From: Ramazzottius varieornatus
Lineage: Eukaryota; Animalia; Tardigrada
Assembly: GCA_001949185.1 (NCBI GenBank)
Contig: BDGG01000004.1
Location: forward strand, 3,815,777 to 3,879,776
Length of the DNA: 64,000 nt
Direction of reading: 5' to 3'
The notes under the pieces were generated by a model, which was not told the origin of the DNA, did no database searches, and saw only the letters and a list, made by a program, of their open reading frames with translations. The translations under genes were made by a program, and so were the position numbers. Below, piece after piece: positions 24,901 to 36,300 of the stretch (position 1 is its first letter; the number at the start of each line of letters is the position of its first letter).

Positions 24901-27534
24901 ATCGCTGTTGGGGAACAGGAGCAGGAATTGGTCGACTCGGTGGCTCCATATCCTCGTCCGGTCTACAAAACAATTACCAACATTATAAAAATCATCGCAG
25001 AGTCGTACGCGGAAAGGAGAGAAAAGGGGAAAAAACAAACATTCATCAAAAACTCGACGGTATAACTTACGGCACGGCCTTGAACGAACCTGCTACAGTT
25101 TAAGGCGGTGCCAGTTTCAATCAAGCCCTCACCTGAAGTTGACTTTTTGGAATTTCAGACGAGCGTTCTCGGCTTTTTCCGGTCCTTGCAGCTCCAAAGG
25201 TCTCTTGGGAGCTTTCAGTTCAGCAGGTTTCAGTCTGTCCGAAACCAGAGATCCAAGCACCCGTCCTCTTCCACGGGGAACCACTGGTGTACCTGACTTC
25301 TTTGGGATCCGCCCGAGCGGTCGCTTCGGAGGATCAGCTTGCTTCTTATCAGCTTTCGCTTCAGGAGGTGTATCGGCTTTCTCCTTCGGCTTTTCTGCGT
25401 GCAGTGCTGGGGATGCCTGTTCGCTGTTGGACTTTGGTTCTTCCGTCTTGATCGATGGAGAATTTGTAAGATGCAGTTCGGTCGGTCTAGGCGGCTTTAA
25501 ACTTTCCACTCGAACAGAAACACCAGACACCTTTGCGGGAACTTCCGTCTTTTGAACCTACGATATCCAGTTTACATATCACATGCTACCTCGCGACAAC
25601 CAGCGTCAAGAATTTCATTTTAGAAAAATGGTGAAGATATCGTTCTGTAAATGGGTGTTTTACGGCGAAACTTCCGTCGCGAAATTTTCAGAAAGAAAAA
25701 GGACAAATCTACAATAATGTTAAAAAACAACTTTCGAACTAGGTTAGGAAACAATTGGAAACTGAGCAAACTAAACAATAGTCATACAAGACTGTTATCC
25801 CAAGTGACGCACCGCTCCAGCCAATAAAACTGAAACGTGCGCCATTCGAGATATCGATCTTGTATGTTTAGTTTGCCCGGCTGCCCGTTTTGTTTCCCAG
25901 CTTCTGCTTTTTCGTAATACTTTTCAGCTCAAAGTCTTCTAACAAAATTTTGTTTACTGAAGAGTCCTGATAGCGCGATCGGAATACCCAAGCCTGAGAA
26001 AAAAACATTCGAAGTTTCAGAGAATGAACTTACCACTGAAGTGAAGGCTTTGGACTTCTTCTTGGGCTTCTGGATAGGTGGTGGTCCAGGGGACGGAATG
26101 TTCTTGATGCTGTCGAGTACAGGTAGATCTTGGGGAGACAAGTCCGTTTCCATAGGTGGCGCAACCGGCGAAGGAACTCTCAAGGTCTCCGAAGGCAACC
26201 TCAACATTCCGCCACCAACCTGAAACCAAAGCCAGTTCAGGAAACCATAAGCATCTTGCTGAACCCAGAGCGAAGAAAGGATAGATAGATAGATACCTGG
26301 TTCACAACAGGAGCTCGGGAAGCAGGGAGCGCCGGTGGAACACCCTCAGGTGGGGAAGTGGCCACGATGGGCCAGTTCTCATCGATCGAATGGATAGCCC
26401 TGTCCAACTGAGCTAAGTAACCATCTTCGAAGAGACCTGTCCATGTGTGACGCAACTTGAAGATTGACTTTCTCTGCACCTCATCGGACTAAAACCAAAT
26501 CAACCCACGATTACCTTCCTGAACTAAGGCCTCAGGAAAAGGGGATGTTCTAACCTGGCTGAAGATGTGCGAGACGATCGCGATGAGACGGGGACGAAAT
26601 AACGGTTTGAAGTCGCCTTGGGTTACATTCTTCATAATGGAATCAATCAGGTACAAAGAGGGCAGCTTATATTTCGGAATCACCTGGAGAAAAACCAAAA
26701 TATTCATCTTGAGATCTGAGACTGTTAATTTTTGTACTTCGAAAGTATTCAGAAAATCTCGCTTATTTCACCAGCTGTTGGTTCCGACGGGGAAAACCAA
26801 AGGAATTTCTGTACTCTAACAGGATTCTGAATCTTCCACTGCCCTGAAGCGTAGTTCTTTCTACGCGGTGGAAATTCAGCGCAAGGGACGCATCAAGAAG
26901 CCCTAATCAGACCAATGAACGTCAGTCGTTATTGTTGCGTTCAAGAAACCTGTAGGTAACCTGCGCAAGACTTGATCTTTGTATTCAAATGCACATAGGT
27001 TGCCCGAAGGTGATACTTGATGGCTTAACCAAAGCCAAAGGTACACGGAGCTGATGGAACCGCCCTGCTTGTCAAGCCTCTATCATCTGACAAACACGGT
27101 TGTTACGTCGTCAGCATTGGCGTTCAACGGAACTATCGGTGTTACTTTTCGTCATTTTTTTCCACTCGAACGACCAAATATGCTGACCCGAGGTGCTGAC
27201 ATGGTTTTTGTACCTCTGTGCGTAACATTCTACCAACGACATCGGGAACATTCCTGGTGATACTGTTGTCGCTATAGCCAATATTCAAATTTACAACACC
27301 AAACAAATCACGTTTGAAAACATTCAAAAATTCACCATTGACCAAAAGCACTTCATTCAAGTTCGAACACGAGATAAAAACCTGTAAAATGTGATCCTCG
27401 ATGACGCGAACAACCGCTGATCCTTGCTGGAAGCTTTCTTCGGCCAGCATCGTCAGCATGTTGATGTGGGGCTTGCTGTTGGCTTTGAGATCGGTCAGAC
27501 TCTCCCGATAACTGATCAGCTCCTCAGGTTCCAT
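21918..27534 (-). CDS. PCF11: Pre-mRNA cleavage complex II subunit PCF11
   Basis: CTD-interacting domain YRESLTDLKANSKPHINMLTMLAEE / KLPSLYLIDSIMKNV / IFKLRHTW..LDRAIHSIDENWP. Also a FGGP..ELVVDG..VRLGGPPPQV region, a C-terminal zinc finger CEICLE...DEWILK...YHKDC and an acidic tail. Confidence 0.9.
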
Positions 27535-28513
27535 CCTGTTGGCGCTGTGGGATCCAGACAAGTGATTCCTAGACACTGTCATCATGTCCAAAAGATCCAC
27601 GTAACCACCATCAGCCGAAGGCTCGAGCTCTAACGGGCGTGAGGATGTTCGTCCAAGCAAACCAATCAATCGGAGTCTACAGCGATAATCATTCATATCT
27701 CTGTTAGCCAATCTTCGTTGTACAATTCGCGCGACACCGTCTCAAAACCACTCTCAAGGGACAGATCAGTGTCTACTCACCTTCAAGATGTCCGAGATGT
27801 TCCAAGAAAGGAGAATCTGTCACCGAAACAAGGGAGAAAAGTTTCAAAAATGGCAGGTAAGAAAAGTCCGCAGGTGCTGATGAAAATGAAGACTGATTCA
27901 TGGAAACCTGCTTTCTCCGCGCTTATCGCAATTCGCCTGAAACGGATCACGTTGTTGAGTGGCCCCAGCCAGGCTATCAACACTGACACAGGCGTGGTTC
28001 AGATGAATCGACCAATCAAAAGTAAGCTTAGTCAAATGAGAGGGCTCAGTGACTCACTACCATAGGCTGGTGAACTTACACTGCCAGATGGCAGCAGTCC
28101 AAGCTCAAGTACCTATAGCCGAAAGTCCTCGAATCGGATCTCAATTCTCAAGTTCTCAAAGACTCCTCCTGAAACGTATACGCCAGATGCGGTTCGCTTC
28201 CCGGCAACTAGTCTATTCAAGCACTTCAGGGGCAATTCCTTCAGCAGCATTACTTATCCTGTAAAAGCCACTCAGTCTTGTTAGTTCAAAGTTTGAATCA
28301 ATGTAGCGGTTATGAGCAATGTATTGTCTATTCCGCGTAACTTCCGTAGTACTTTGCTTATTCCGCGAAACCATCAAACCACCTATCGCGAAGTCCCCAG
28401 AGCGCAAACCAGAGTACTTTGTATGCTATCACAGGAACACATGACGCTAACAGCATTCAGAACGGAAGAAGAAGCAAACGGCAAAAGTCCTGCAAATAAA
28501 GAAGGGTATTATG

Positions 28514-31500
28514 CTAAGAAATTGTGCAAGCAGGTTCATCGCCCGCCGCCCCAGAATAACTGATACTGGGAGCCACTGAAATTTCCACGTCCTGATGCAG
28601 CAGAAGGTCCACAACAGCTCCGGCAAGATACGTTCCCGTCACTAAAGAAGGCTGCTCGTAGAACAGCCGCATGTCATGGTAGTGACCTTTCTTGCCCGGA
28701 TACGCAATGACAGACATTCTCCTTCCCTTGATGGGCGAAGGGGGCGGAGCGTTGGTAGGAGGCTCCTTCTCTTTCTTCAGGTGATCCTTCAGAAATCTTT
28801 CATATGCTGACTGGATGAAACTGTCCGTGTCCAGCACTAGGGAGAAGTACAGTTCCGGGTTGCGTTCCAGAATTATGTTGGCCACGATGATGAGTTCGAC
28901 AACCATTTGCCGGTACTCTGGATGCTGGATACGATCCAGACATTCGTCCACTTTCAACGCAAAGTTCAGCTCGTACAGCGTCATCTCAGAAATGATCGGG
29001 TTCTGTGGTATGATCTGGTCAGCGATCTTGATTCCATGCACACAACGATGTAACGTGTTCCAGAAACTATCATAGAACTTTCCTGGAACTCTGTTTAGGC
29101 AGCCATCAATCTGACGGCGCTGCAATGGTGTCAAGGCTTTCTGTGCTGTGTCTGTCAGAGTCTCGTCCTGTTTATTGAGTGGTGGAAGTGTTAGTACTTC
29201 CAGAAGCAGACTCTGTATTTCCGAAGGAGGAAACGAGTAGAGCAGTTCATCACAAGTCTTCTCCTCCAGCTCTTGAGTGTACTTGACATACAGCGTTAAA
29301 GCACGAGTAATCCAGCCTATCCTCACTCTCAACATCCCATCGAAAATCTGCGGAACTCTCTCGACGAAGGTACCGCAGATCAAGAGCATTTCTTGCTGTA
29401 GCACAGCAGAAGCTGGATGAAGGCAGGTCGAATACACCAACTGCTTCACCTGAAACGAGGAGAATTTCGAACACTGACCGGAAGTCGATTATATCGAACC
29501 TACTATCACACATCAAAATATCCCTACGAATGAACAAGTAGAAAATCGAAAGTCTCACCTGCGAAGGGAGGACCGGTTTGTCTATCACAGCTTCTTCCAC
29601 TCCAACGACACCAATCCGCACTTGTTTCCCACGTACCAAGATACTAGTGATACTAGGCGCCAGACTGGCCACCATCTTCTGCAGCAAGCCAGAGCAGAAG
29701 CGCACAGTGTCCCACTGGGACATGGTGGCACCCAGTCTAATGACGCTCTCCATTCGTTGCGCCACCGTCGTGTGGTTCACAGAGTCCACAACAAAGTTTT
29801 CACCGTGCCTCTTGAGCAACAACGCAAGCAGTTGACTCTGACCACGAACCGACTCTGTGTTCCTCAGCGCATCGAGGATATCATGGACATCCCTGTGTTG
29901 AAACTCTTCTTCATAGTTCCGCTCGTCATCCTGTCCTTTACTCACGATTCGCGAGACGTCCATCAGGCTCCGGAAGTTCGGTGTGCTGTCGGTGATTTCT
30001 TGGAACGACGTTTTGCTGATGTCTGGCAAGTCGACCACGAAGTCCAGATGTTCCACGCAGGAGGAGGAGAGGAAGTTCTGCAGGAAGCCCGTTCGAACAC
30101 GCACACCCGCGCATTCACCGAGACGAAGACTGGCTAGCAGCTTCAGCATTTCCGACGCTTGTTGCCCTCGCACCATCTCTTCGCGAATAAGAAACAGCAG
30201 CGTAGGTCTACCATGCAACTTCCATCGGCTTGCGACAAAAGCGATACCGTTGCGGATGTCGTCCATCAGAACTAACTGATCGTAAGACAGGTAGAAGTCG
30301 GTCTGCTCGAAGTAAAGCGGATAGCAGATAGCAGTTCCGCCTCCTACACGGTATATTTTCGACTAAAACAAAGCAGCGCGCGTGAATAATAGTTTAGAAA
30401 ATTACCACCGCCACGACGTTACGATTTTGACTGTTTGTAGCTTTCACTGCGAAATATGATTTTCCAGAAAGGTCTTCTGCTCTACGTTTTATCGTTATCT
30501 CCTATCAGTGTTTTCTTCATAACCTGTTTTCGTTGTGTTTTACGTACTGTGGTGAGAGAGCCGAAAGGCCGCTTCGGTCTACCACTAAGGCCCAACTGGT
30601 CGTCCTGTCCCAGCCTGCCGTGGACCTCCGCCAAGTTATGCGGCGACCATATCTGGATAGGTTCAATCTGATGTGGTGTCTGCGTCTGGACTCCGTAGGT
30701 CGCCAGCAGCGCTTGCAGTCTCATCGATTCGGAGATCAACGTGATCTGAACCGCCAAGTCAGACGGTATGGCACTGGAGAACGAGCTGTAGCGGGACTTC
30801 TTCAGTGGTCGCAGAGCCGCCGGCTGGTATCTGCGCAATGGATCCAGTTCGTTGGGTTGAATGAGACCTTCGACCAGCAACTGCGAGATGATGAATAGAC
30901 CTTGGCCCCAGAGGAAGATCTCGCCTTCTCCATCGGGATCTTCTCCAGACGCCAGGCGCTCTTGACTACCAGGTTCCTGTACTTCACCCTCGATCAGGTC
31001 TTCTGGTACGTAGTAGTACCGTGGTATGATGACGTCTCCTTCGAAGCTTTCTCGAAGGAGTGGTTCTAGGAGCTTTTGAAAGTTCTGGACTTGCACGCTA
31101 TCGCCATGAAAAGCCTACAATGAAAGTGAACGCTACAGTTTCTAACGACACGTGTGTGCGTATTAGCGTATGGATTGATCCGTTTAGCCAAGATGAATCT
31201 TGGTTTAGCTTACGCCGTCGATGATCAGATACACGAAGAAGATTGGCCATTCACTTTCGATGGATTCGTAGTTCTTCAGCTCCGAAGCTGAATAGTATCT
31301 CCGGCCTTTCCCCTCGATTGCTGTACCGTATCCATCTCGCAAAAATCGCTTGAAGCCATACTTACCTGTAATTCAGACCCATTATTACTAGCAAATATTT
31401 CCAGCACAAGGAAGGGATAATTGGGTCACTCACCCAAGAGCTTTCTTTGCATCTTGTCCATGGTATGCTTGAAGACAACTGCCTTATGTACGGCGAAACA

Positions 31501-32789
31501 GGGGTAACTCAGGGTTGGTATCAATCCGGCGTCGGTATTCTACAACGAAACATGGTTAATCCAGCCGAGGCGGTGTTCTTCATGGCTGAGGCGGTAGGCA
31601 CTAAAAGTAAACATTTTACTTTGGAGGTCGATTCACGAGGAAGCATAGTTTCCAGTGTGGTGCGGTTCCGATTGTGAGCATCGACATCAACGTAGATGAC
31701 AGACCATGAGGCACCGTACTCGCCAAAGAGGTTGAAGCCGTTGATACTCTCCAAAGCAACCTTGGCCATCCCGATAGAGCTGAAAACACACACAGATGAA
31801 AACTTTACATCGTGGCCGGAAGATCCAGCAATGCGACCAACCTAGCATGTAGCTCGGGATTTCCGGTATTGTACTTGTCACCACGTTCCCAAATGCCAAA
31901 GTCCTATGGAACAAAAGAAACGAGTAGTTTCTACCATGGGCGTCGACAGAATTTCAGCAAATTGTCTTTACCGGAGTACGGTATGCGCGTTCGAGATAGA
32001 AGACCAGGTTCTGCACAAAGTGGACTTCCTCCATAGTGAAGATTAGCTTCAGACCAGATTCGATCATTTGACATAGGAACAGTATGTAGAGCGACACCAC
32101 ATCCAGCTGCAGATGTGGGTACGTGACATCGTCGACCGGGGAACCGTCAAGAACGTTCACCCGAGATGGCAAGGCGTATTCGGGAAGCTGGCGAGACTTG
32201 AACTTCTCCAGTAAATCGGCCTGGCTCATCCAGCTGTACAGGATTCCCCGCATGCATTTCGCCGCACACTGACCAAGCTCGTACTCCCTTCCGGTATCAT
32301 CGTCGATTCGCTTATAAGCCACCGACAACGCCCAGACCGCCGCATTGGCGTAGATCATATCGCGGATATGTCCGTCTTTTCCGGCTGCGTTGTCCGTCAG
32401 GTAAAGTCCCAGTGATTCGTCTTGAAATCGCAGAACTTGATGCTTGACTGCGAAACACAGCACAAAGACGGTGACAAAGTCAACCACGTGCAACAAAAGT
32501 TACCTGAACAGCCATTAGCAGAATCATCGCGCTTACTCATTGCGTAGTAGAAGTTTAGCCGAGTGAGAGCATGATGATACTCCGCTTTGATATTCGTGGC
32601 AATCCCAGTCTTTAGATCTATAGTGGTTCCGGGTGTGCTGGATGCCTGTCGGAGCAATTCGAGGCGCGACGCTTGTCCCAGCTCTTGAGACAACTCTTCC
32701 CTCGTCTTCTCGCTGGTCAACATGAACGAGCCGGACTGCGCTCGAGGACGGATTGGAGGAGGATTCCGGGGATCGAGAAGAAGAGCCAT
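28514..32789 (-). CDS. PHKB: Phosphorylase b kinase regulatory subunit beta
   Basis: [101 protein letters not shown], and a C-terminal CaaX box CTIS. Confidence 0.93.
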
Positions 32790-32855
32790 GTTGCTGGAGT
32801 AAGTGGTAAGGCAGTAAGAACGATGACGAAACGCTCACCCTGAAGTGACCGGGCG

Positions 32856-33227
32856 TCAATAGGTCGGAGTCTGAACCTCTTTCGTATCAACAAACAGCGC
32901 CTTTAGATTCTTGATGTTGACCATAACCAGTCCAACGAAGCGTGGTTCTTTCTTCCGTGATGTGAATTCCGCGTCGTTTTCGTATTCGCGAGCGCCTCCA
33001 AGGACAATGTTGGCGTCTTTGTCGGTGCAGAAGAATGTGCCAATTACAACGCGGTCGTCTTTAAGAATAAGCTTGAATTCTTTGTTAAACAGCTTCTGTA
33101 TCTCGGTTCTTCCAGGACTAGTAGCTGCAGAGAAGTTGAATGGTGAGGTGGATGCAGGCTCTTTCTGTTTGTGGTCGATCCTCCGTGTCTCGTCCACTTC
33201 TGCATCAACTTCTGGTGGTGATTCCAT
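32856..33227 (-). CDS. NAA38: Sm-like (LSM) NatC auxiliary subunit NAA38/LSMD1, intronless CDS of 123 aa
   Basis: MESPPEV...QKLFNKEFKLILKDDRVVIGTFFCTDKDANIVLGGAREY...EPRFVGLVMV has Sm1/Sm2 motifs with the G-x-F-x-CTD-x-D-x-N signature of NAA38/Mak31. Confidence 0.85.
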   Translation of the reverse strand: MESPPEVDAEVDETRRIDHKQKEPASTSPFNFSAATSPGRTEIQKLFNKEFKLILKDDRVVIGTFFCTDKDANIVLGGAREYENDAEFTSRKKEPRFVGLVMVNIKNLKALFVDTKEVQTPTY

Positions 33228-33333
33228 AGGCCAAGTGCAGGAGCAGCATATCCAAGTTGCGATGCCAGTCCAACTACGTAGAGCGGTCAAGGTTTCCGCA
33301 GATGTACATGAGAATGGAACTGCAGTGAACAAT

Positions 33334-33385
33334 ACACACGTACCTTTACAGACACACGTACCTTTACAGACACACGTACCTTTAC
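33334..33385. repeat. Tandem repeat, about 3 x 18 bp (ACACACGTACCTTTACAG)
   Basis: Directly visible. On the minus strand each unit carries AAG|GTACGT. Confidence 0.95.
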
Positions 33386-36300
33386 CTTAGATCAGTTAGA
33401 TTCTCTGATCAGTCTGATCGCAGCTTGACCGATCGCAGGCAAGTGGAGAAATTTTCACCCTGACTGTGGAAACATCAATCAAACTAATTTTAAAATCAAT
33501 CGCACACTGTACTGCCGGATCTTTTTCGGCACTCTGGAAATTGGACTGAATCAATTGATGCCTTTTCAATGGACAATGGTCCAACCCCCACTGGCACAGG
33601 TGAGAAAACACTACCTCCTTATCTACCCGTACGAGTACCGACGGCTAACCTTTTCCTCTAGATCCCCACTTTCGAAGGATCGTCTGAAAATCTGCGTATC
33701 TTTTCCAAGTTCATACCATATGGCCATATCGAGTAGGAGTAGTGTACATCGGTGATCTCCGGATGGACGGGATGGCCTGTCATCGGGCTGTGCCATTGAT
33801 GAACATACTGCAATTGGTGAGTGTTGGCCTCTGATTCTTACTCGAGTTCTCTTCGAAAACTGATCTGTCTAGTATCGAAATTGTCGGAATTTCTAGATGG
33901 CGATGGAGCGTGCAATGCAGATGATTCTTATGAGTGGCTGGTGGCACGAAGCTCCCCGATGAGCATCGTTCTTTGCTGATGCACAGTGCGGCTGGAAAAT
34001 GGACGTCTAAAGCTTTTCCCACGGTGCTGGCGACTGAAACTTGGTTCCAACCCATCTAAGTGAAGGATTCAGAGTTTGTCAAGGCTGATAATGCGGGCAA
34101 CATGTTACTCATGAATTTCGTTCATGGAGAGGACGTGAAAATGGCGCTGCGAGAGAAACAATGGCAGGTAAACGGGATTGGCACATTAAGGGTGGGAACG
34201 ATTGTTTTCAGTCTTCGGAATGTGCAAAATCGTGAGAACAAGCTCTTTGCTTCCCTGGCAGTTCTGGCGTAGAGTTGCGTTTGCCTGTTCTCGTGGTACC
34301 GAGGTGGTTTCTACACTCGTTTGATGAAAGAACGGGACCAGTCTGCAGTGTAACAAGCGCGCAAATGGAGCATCGTCCACCGAGACCTTCAGCTGGAAAT
34401 CCCCTCTCACTTCGACATACATTTTCGAGCTCGCCTGCGAAGGTACTGTGACGATTTCAATGTTGAGCATTGGAACTGCAGCACAACGGAAGCAAATTCA
34501 GACAATGCTACGATTGTCAAAAGCGCTCGAACGGCGTACGTTCATCTTGCTTGTTGTTAACTTCAGGGTGTGTAATGCATGGGACGGAAGGCGGAAGCCT
34601 CTCTGGGATCAGGAAGTCAATCGGTGCCTTTACTTGACATCTTCATCGAAGCAGTGCCATACGAACGACCACAGAAGCCTTCCCGTAGAGAATACGTGTG
34701 AAAAGAGCAGACGGATGGCTTTACGAAAATCAGTGGTTGTACGACATAACAGTTTGTTCCTTGATCTGAGAAACCAGCTTGCAGGGAACTCTGGAAGAAC
34801 AGCTTTTTACATTCCAGCGAGCGATAGAACGTAAACGACTCCTGTGGTTTTACCCTGCTGAACAGGCCGAATGGTTGAAGTACTGGTGAGACAGAGTACG
34901 TTATCTACAAGAGATCCGCCAACCTCTGGACTTTGACGACGTTCGTCTGGTGGGCGTCGATTGCTGGGAACCGACTGGAGTTTTCTTGGATGGGAAGCAA
35001 CCGACCTGGGGAGAATGCTTCTTCTTTGATTTGTAGATCGCCCATAGTGAACTGATGAGCTCCTCCTCCTCCGTATAGCATGTCCGACATCGAATGGAAT
35101 TAGTAAGTTGAACTCTCATTCTTAACTGATGTAGGTAAATTTAAGATTTAAGAACATTCATGTGCCATCGTTTCCTACCCTACTGAGCTTCGTTCTAATT
35201 CTACTGCTGTTTATTATAGTAGATCGAACCCATTGCGGTAGGTGTGAAATGCAACCGCTGTGAGAATACCCCGTGAAGAAATGCGTAAGTGCGCCATTTA
35301 AGTCAGCCGAACACTTGAGCTAGTCTCGAGTGCTTGGTGTTGAGTTGCTTCGTTTGGTGAGGATCACTTTTGAGAGGGAAAACAGAGGTCCTCGAGAAAA
35401 CAGGAAGAGGATCGAGTACGAGAAAAGAAATTGACGCCAGATTGGCTGCTCCTTTATTTGTATCGAGTGCGAGGGTATCCAAGCATTGTAACCGATCCCA
35501 GAGTACTCTATATGCAATCACTGATCTACAAACTCCCGAATTGAATTAAAGTTCGGGCAGTACTCAAAATTCAGTATTTCAATGGGTGCCTTGAAAGCTC
35601 TTGACGAAAGTTTGAAGCTAGCTTGCTAACATATCATATTCATCAATGGCGATGTTGGCAACCGAAGTTACTGTAGGTCCTAGAAAGAACCAGCAAATGA
35701 GTCGTCAGATTTTGCCGAGGAATCTGAATAAAATCAGCTTTCTAATCTCTACACATCAGGAGGTTGGCTAGCATGAAACGGTTCCTAACGAGGAAGACGT
35801 ACGAGAAAAGTGGGCAATTAGTCGGATCGGCACCCGCGCTAGTTCTCCGTCTTTAATCCCGCTTGTATCGATTGAGTGTATTTCTCAAAGAAATCATTTT
35901 TGACAGCCATCATTGTTAGTGGATTTCAGACGCGGTGGCTTAGACGTGAGTGTTACTGCGTTCCAAAGATGCGTACCCCATAGTGCGCGAGGAATGTAAA
36001 CGGTTTACTTTTTTAGGATGCCTGTATAGGCAGTAAAGCAAGGATCGCCGGGGACCCAAGTACAACTCCGCTGTTGGGTGGCGTACTTCCTGTCTTCCGC
36101 TGTACAGCCGGACATCAGGCAGGGAATGCGACTGTCTATGATGCGGTTGGTTAGACTGGTAACAAGAGAATTTCTCGTACCTTATTCTGCTTGGAGATCC
36201 CCGAGTATTCTCGAGAGAAGTGGAGAAAAGCGCGACAAGGGAACTTTTACGCATCGAGGCAGGTAATTAATTTGTATGGTTTGGTCGTAGCTGAATGACT

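Noticed and set aside
26685-27381. Vertebrate-like intronic poly(A) site in PCF11 intron 1
   Set aside because: The intron is unusually long, but I found no canonical AATAAA or ATTAAA on the sense strand, only a weak AATACA variant.
34901-35090. Minus-strand ORF MSDMLYGGGGAHQF.. as a gene
   Set aside because: It is only 61 aa, has no recognised motif, and could not be extended by plausible splicing.
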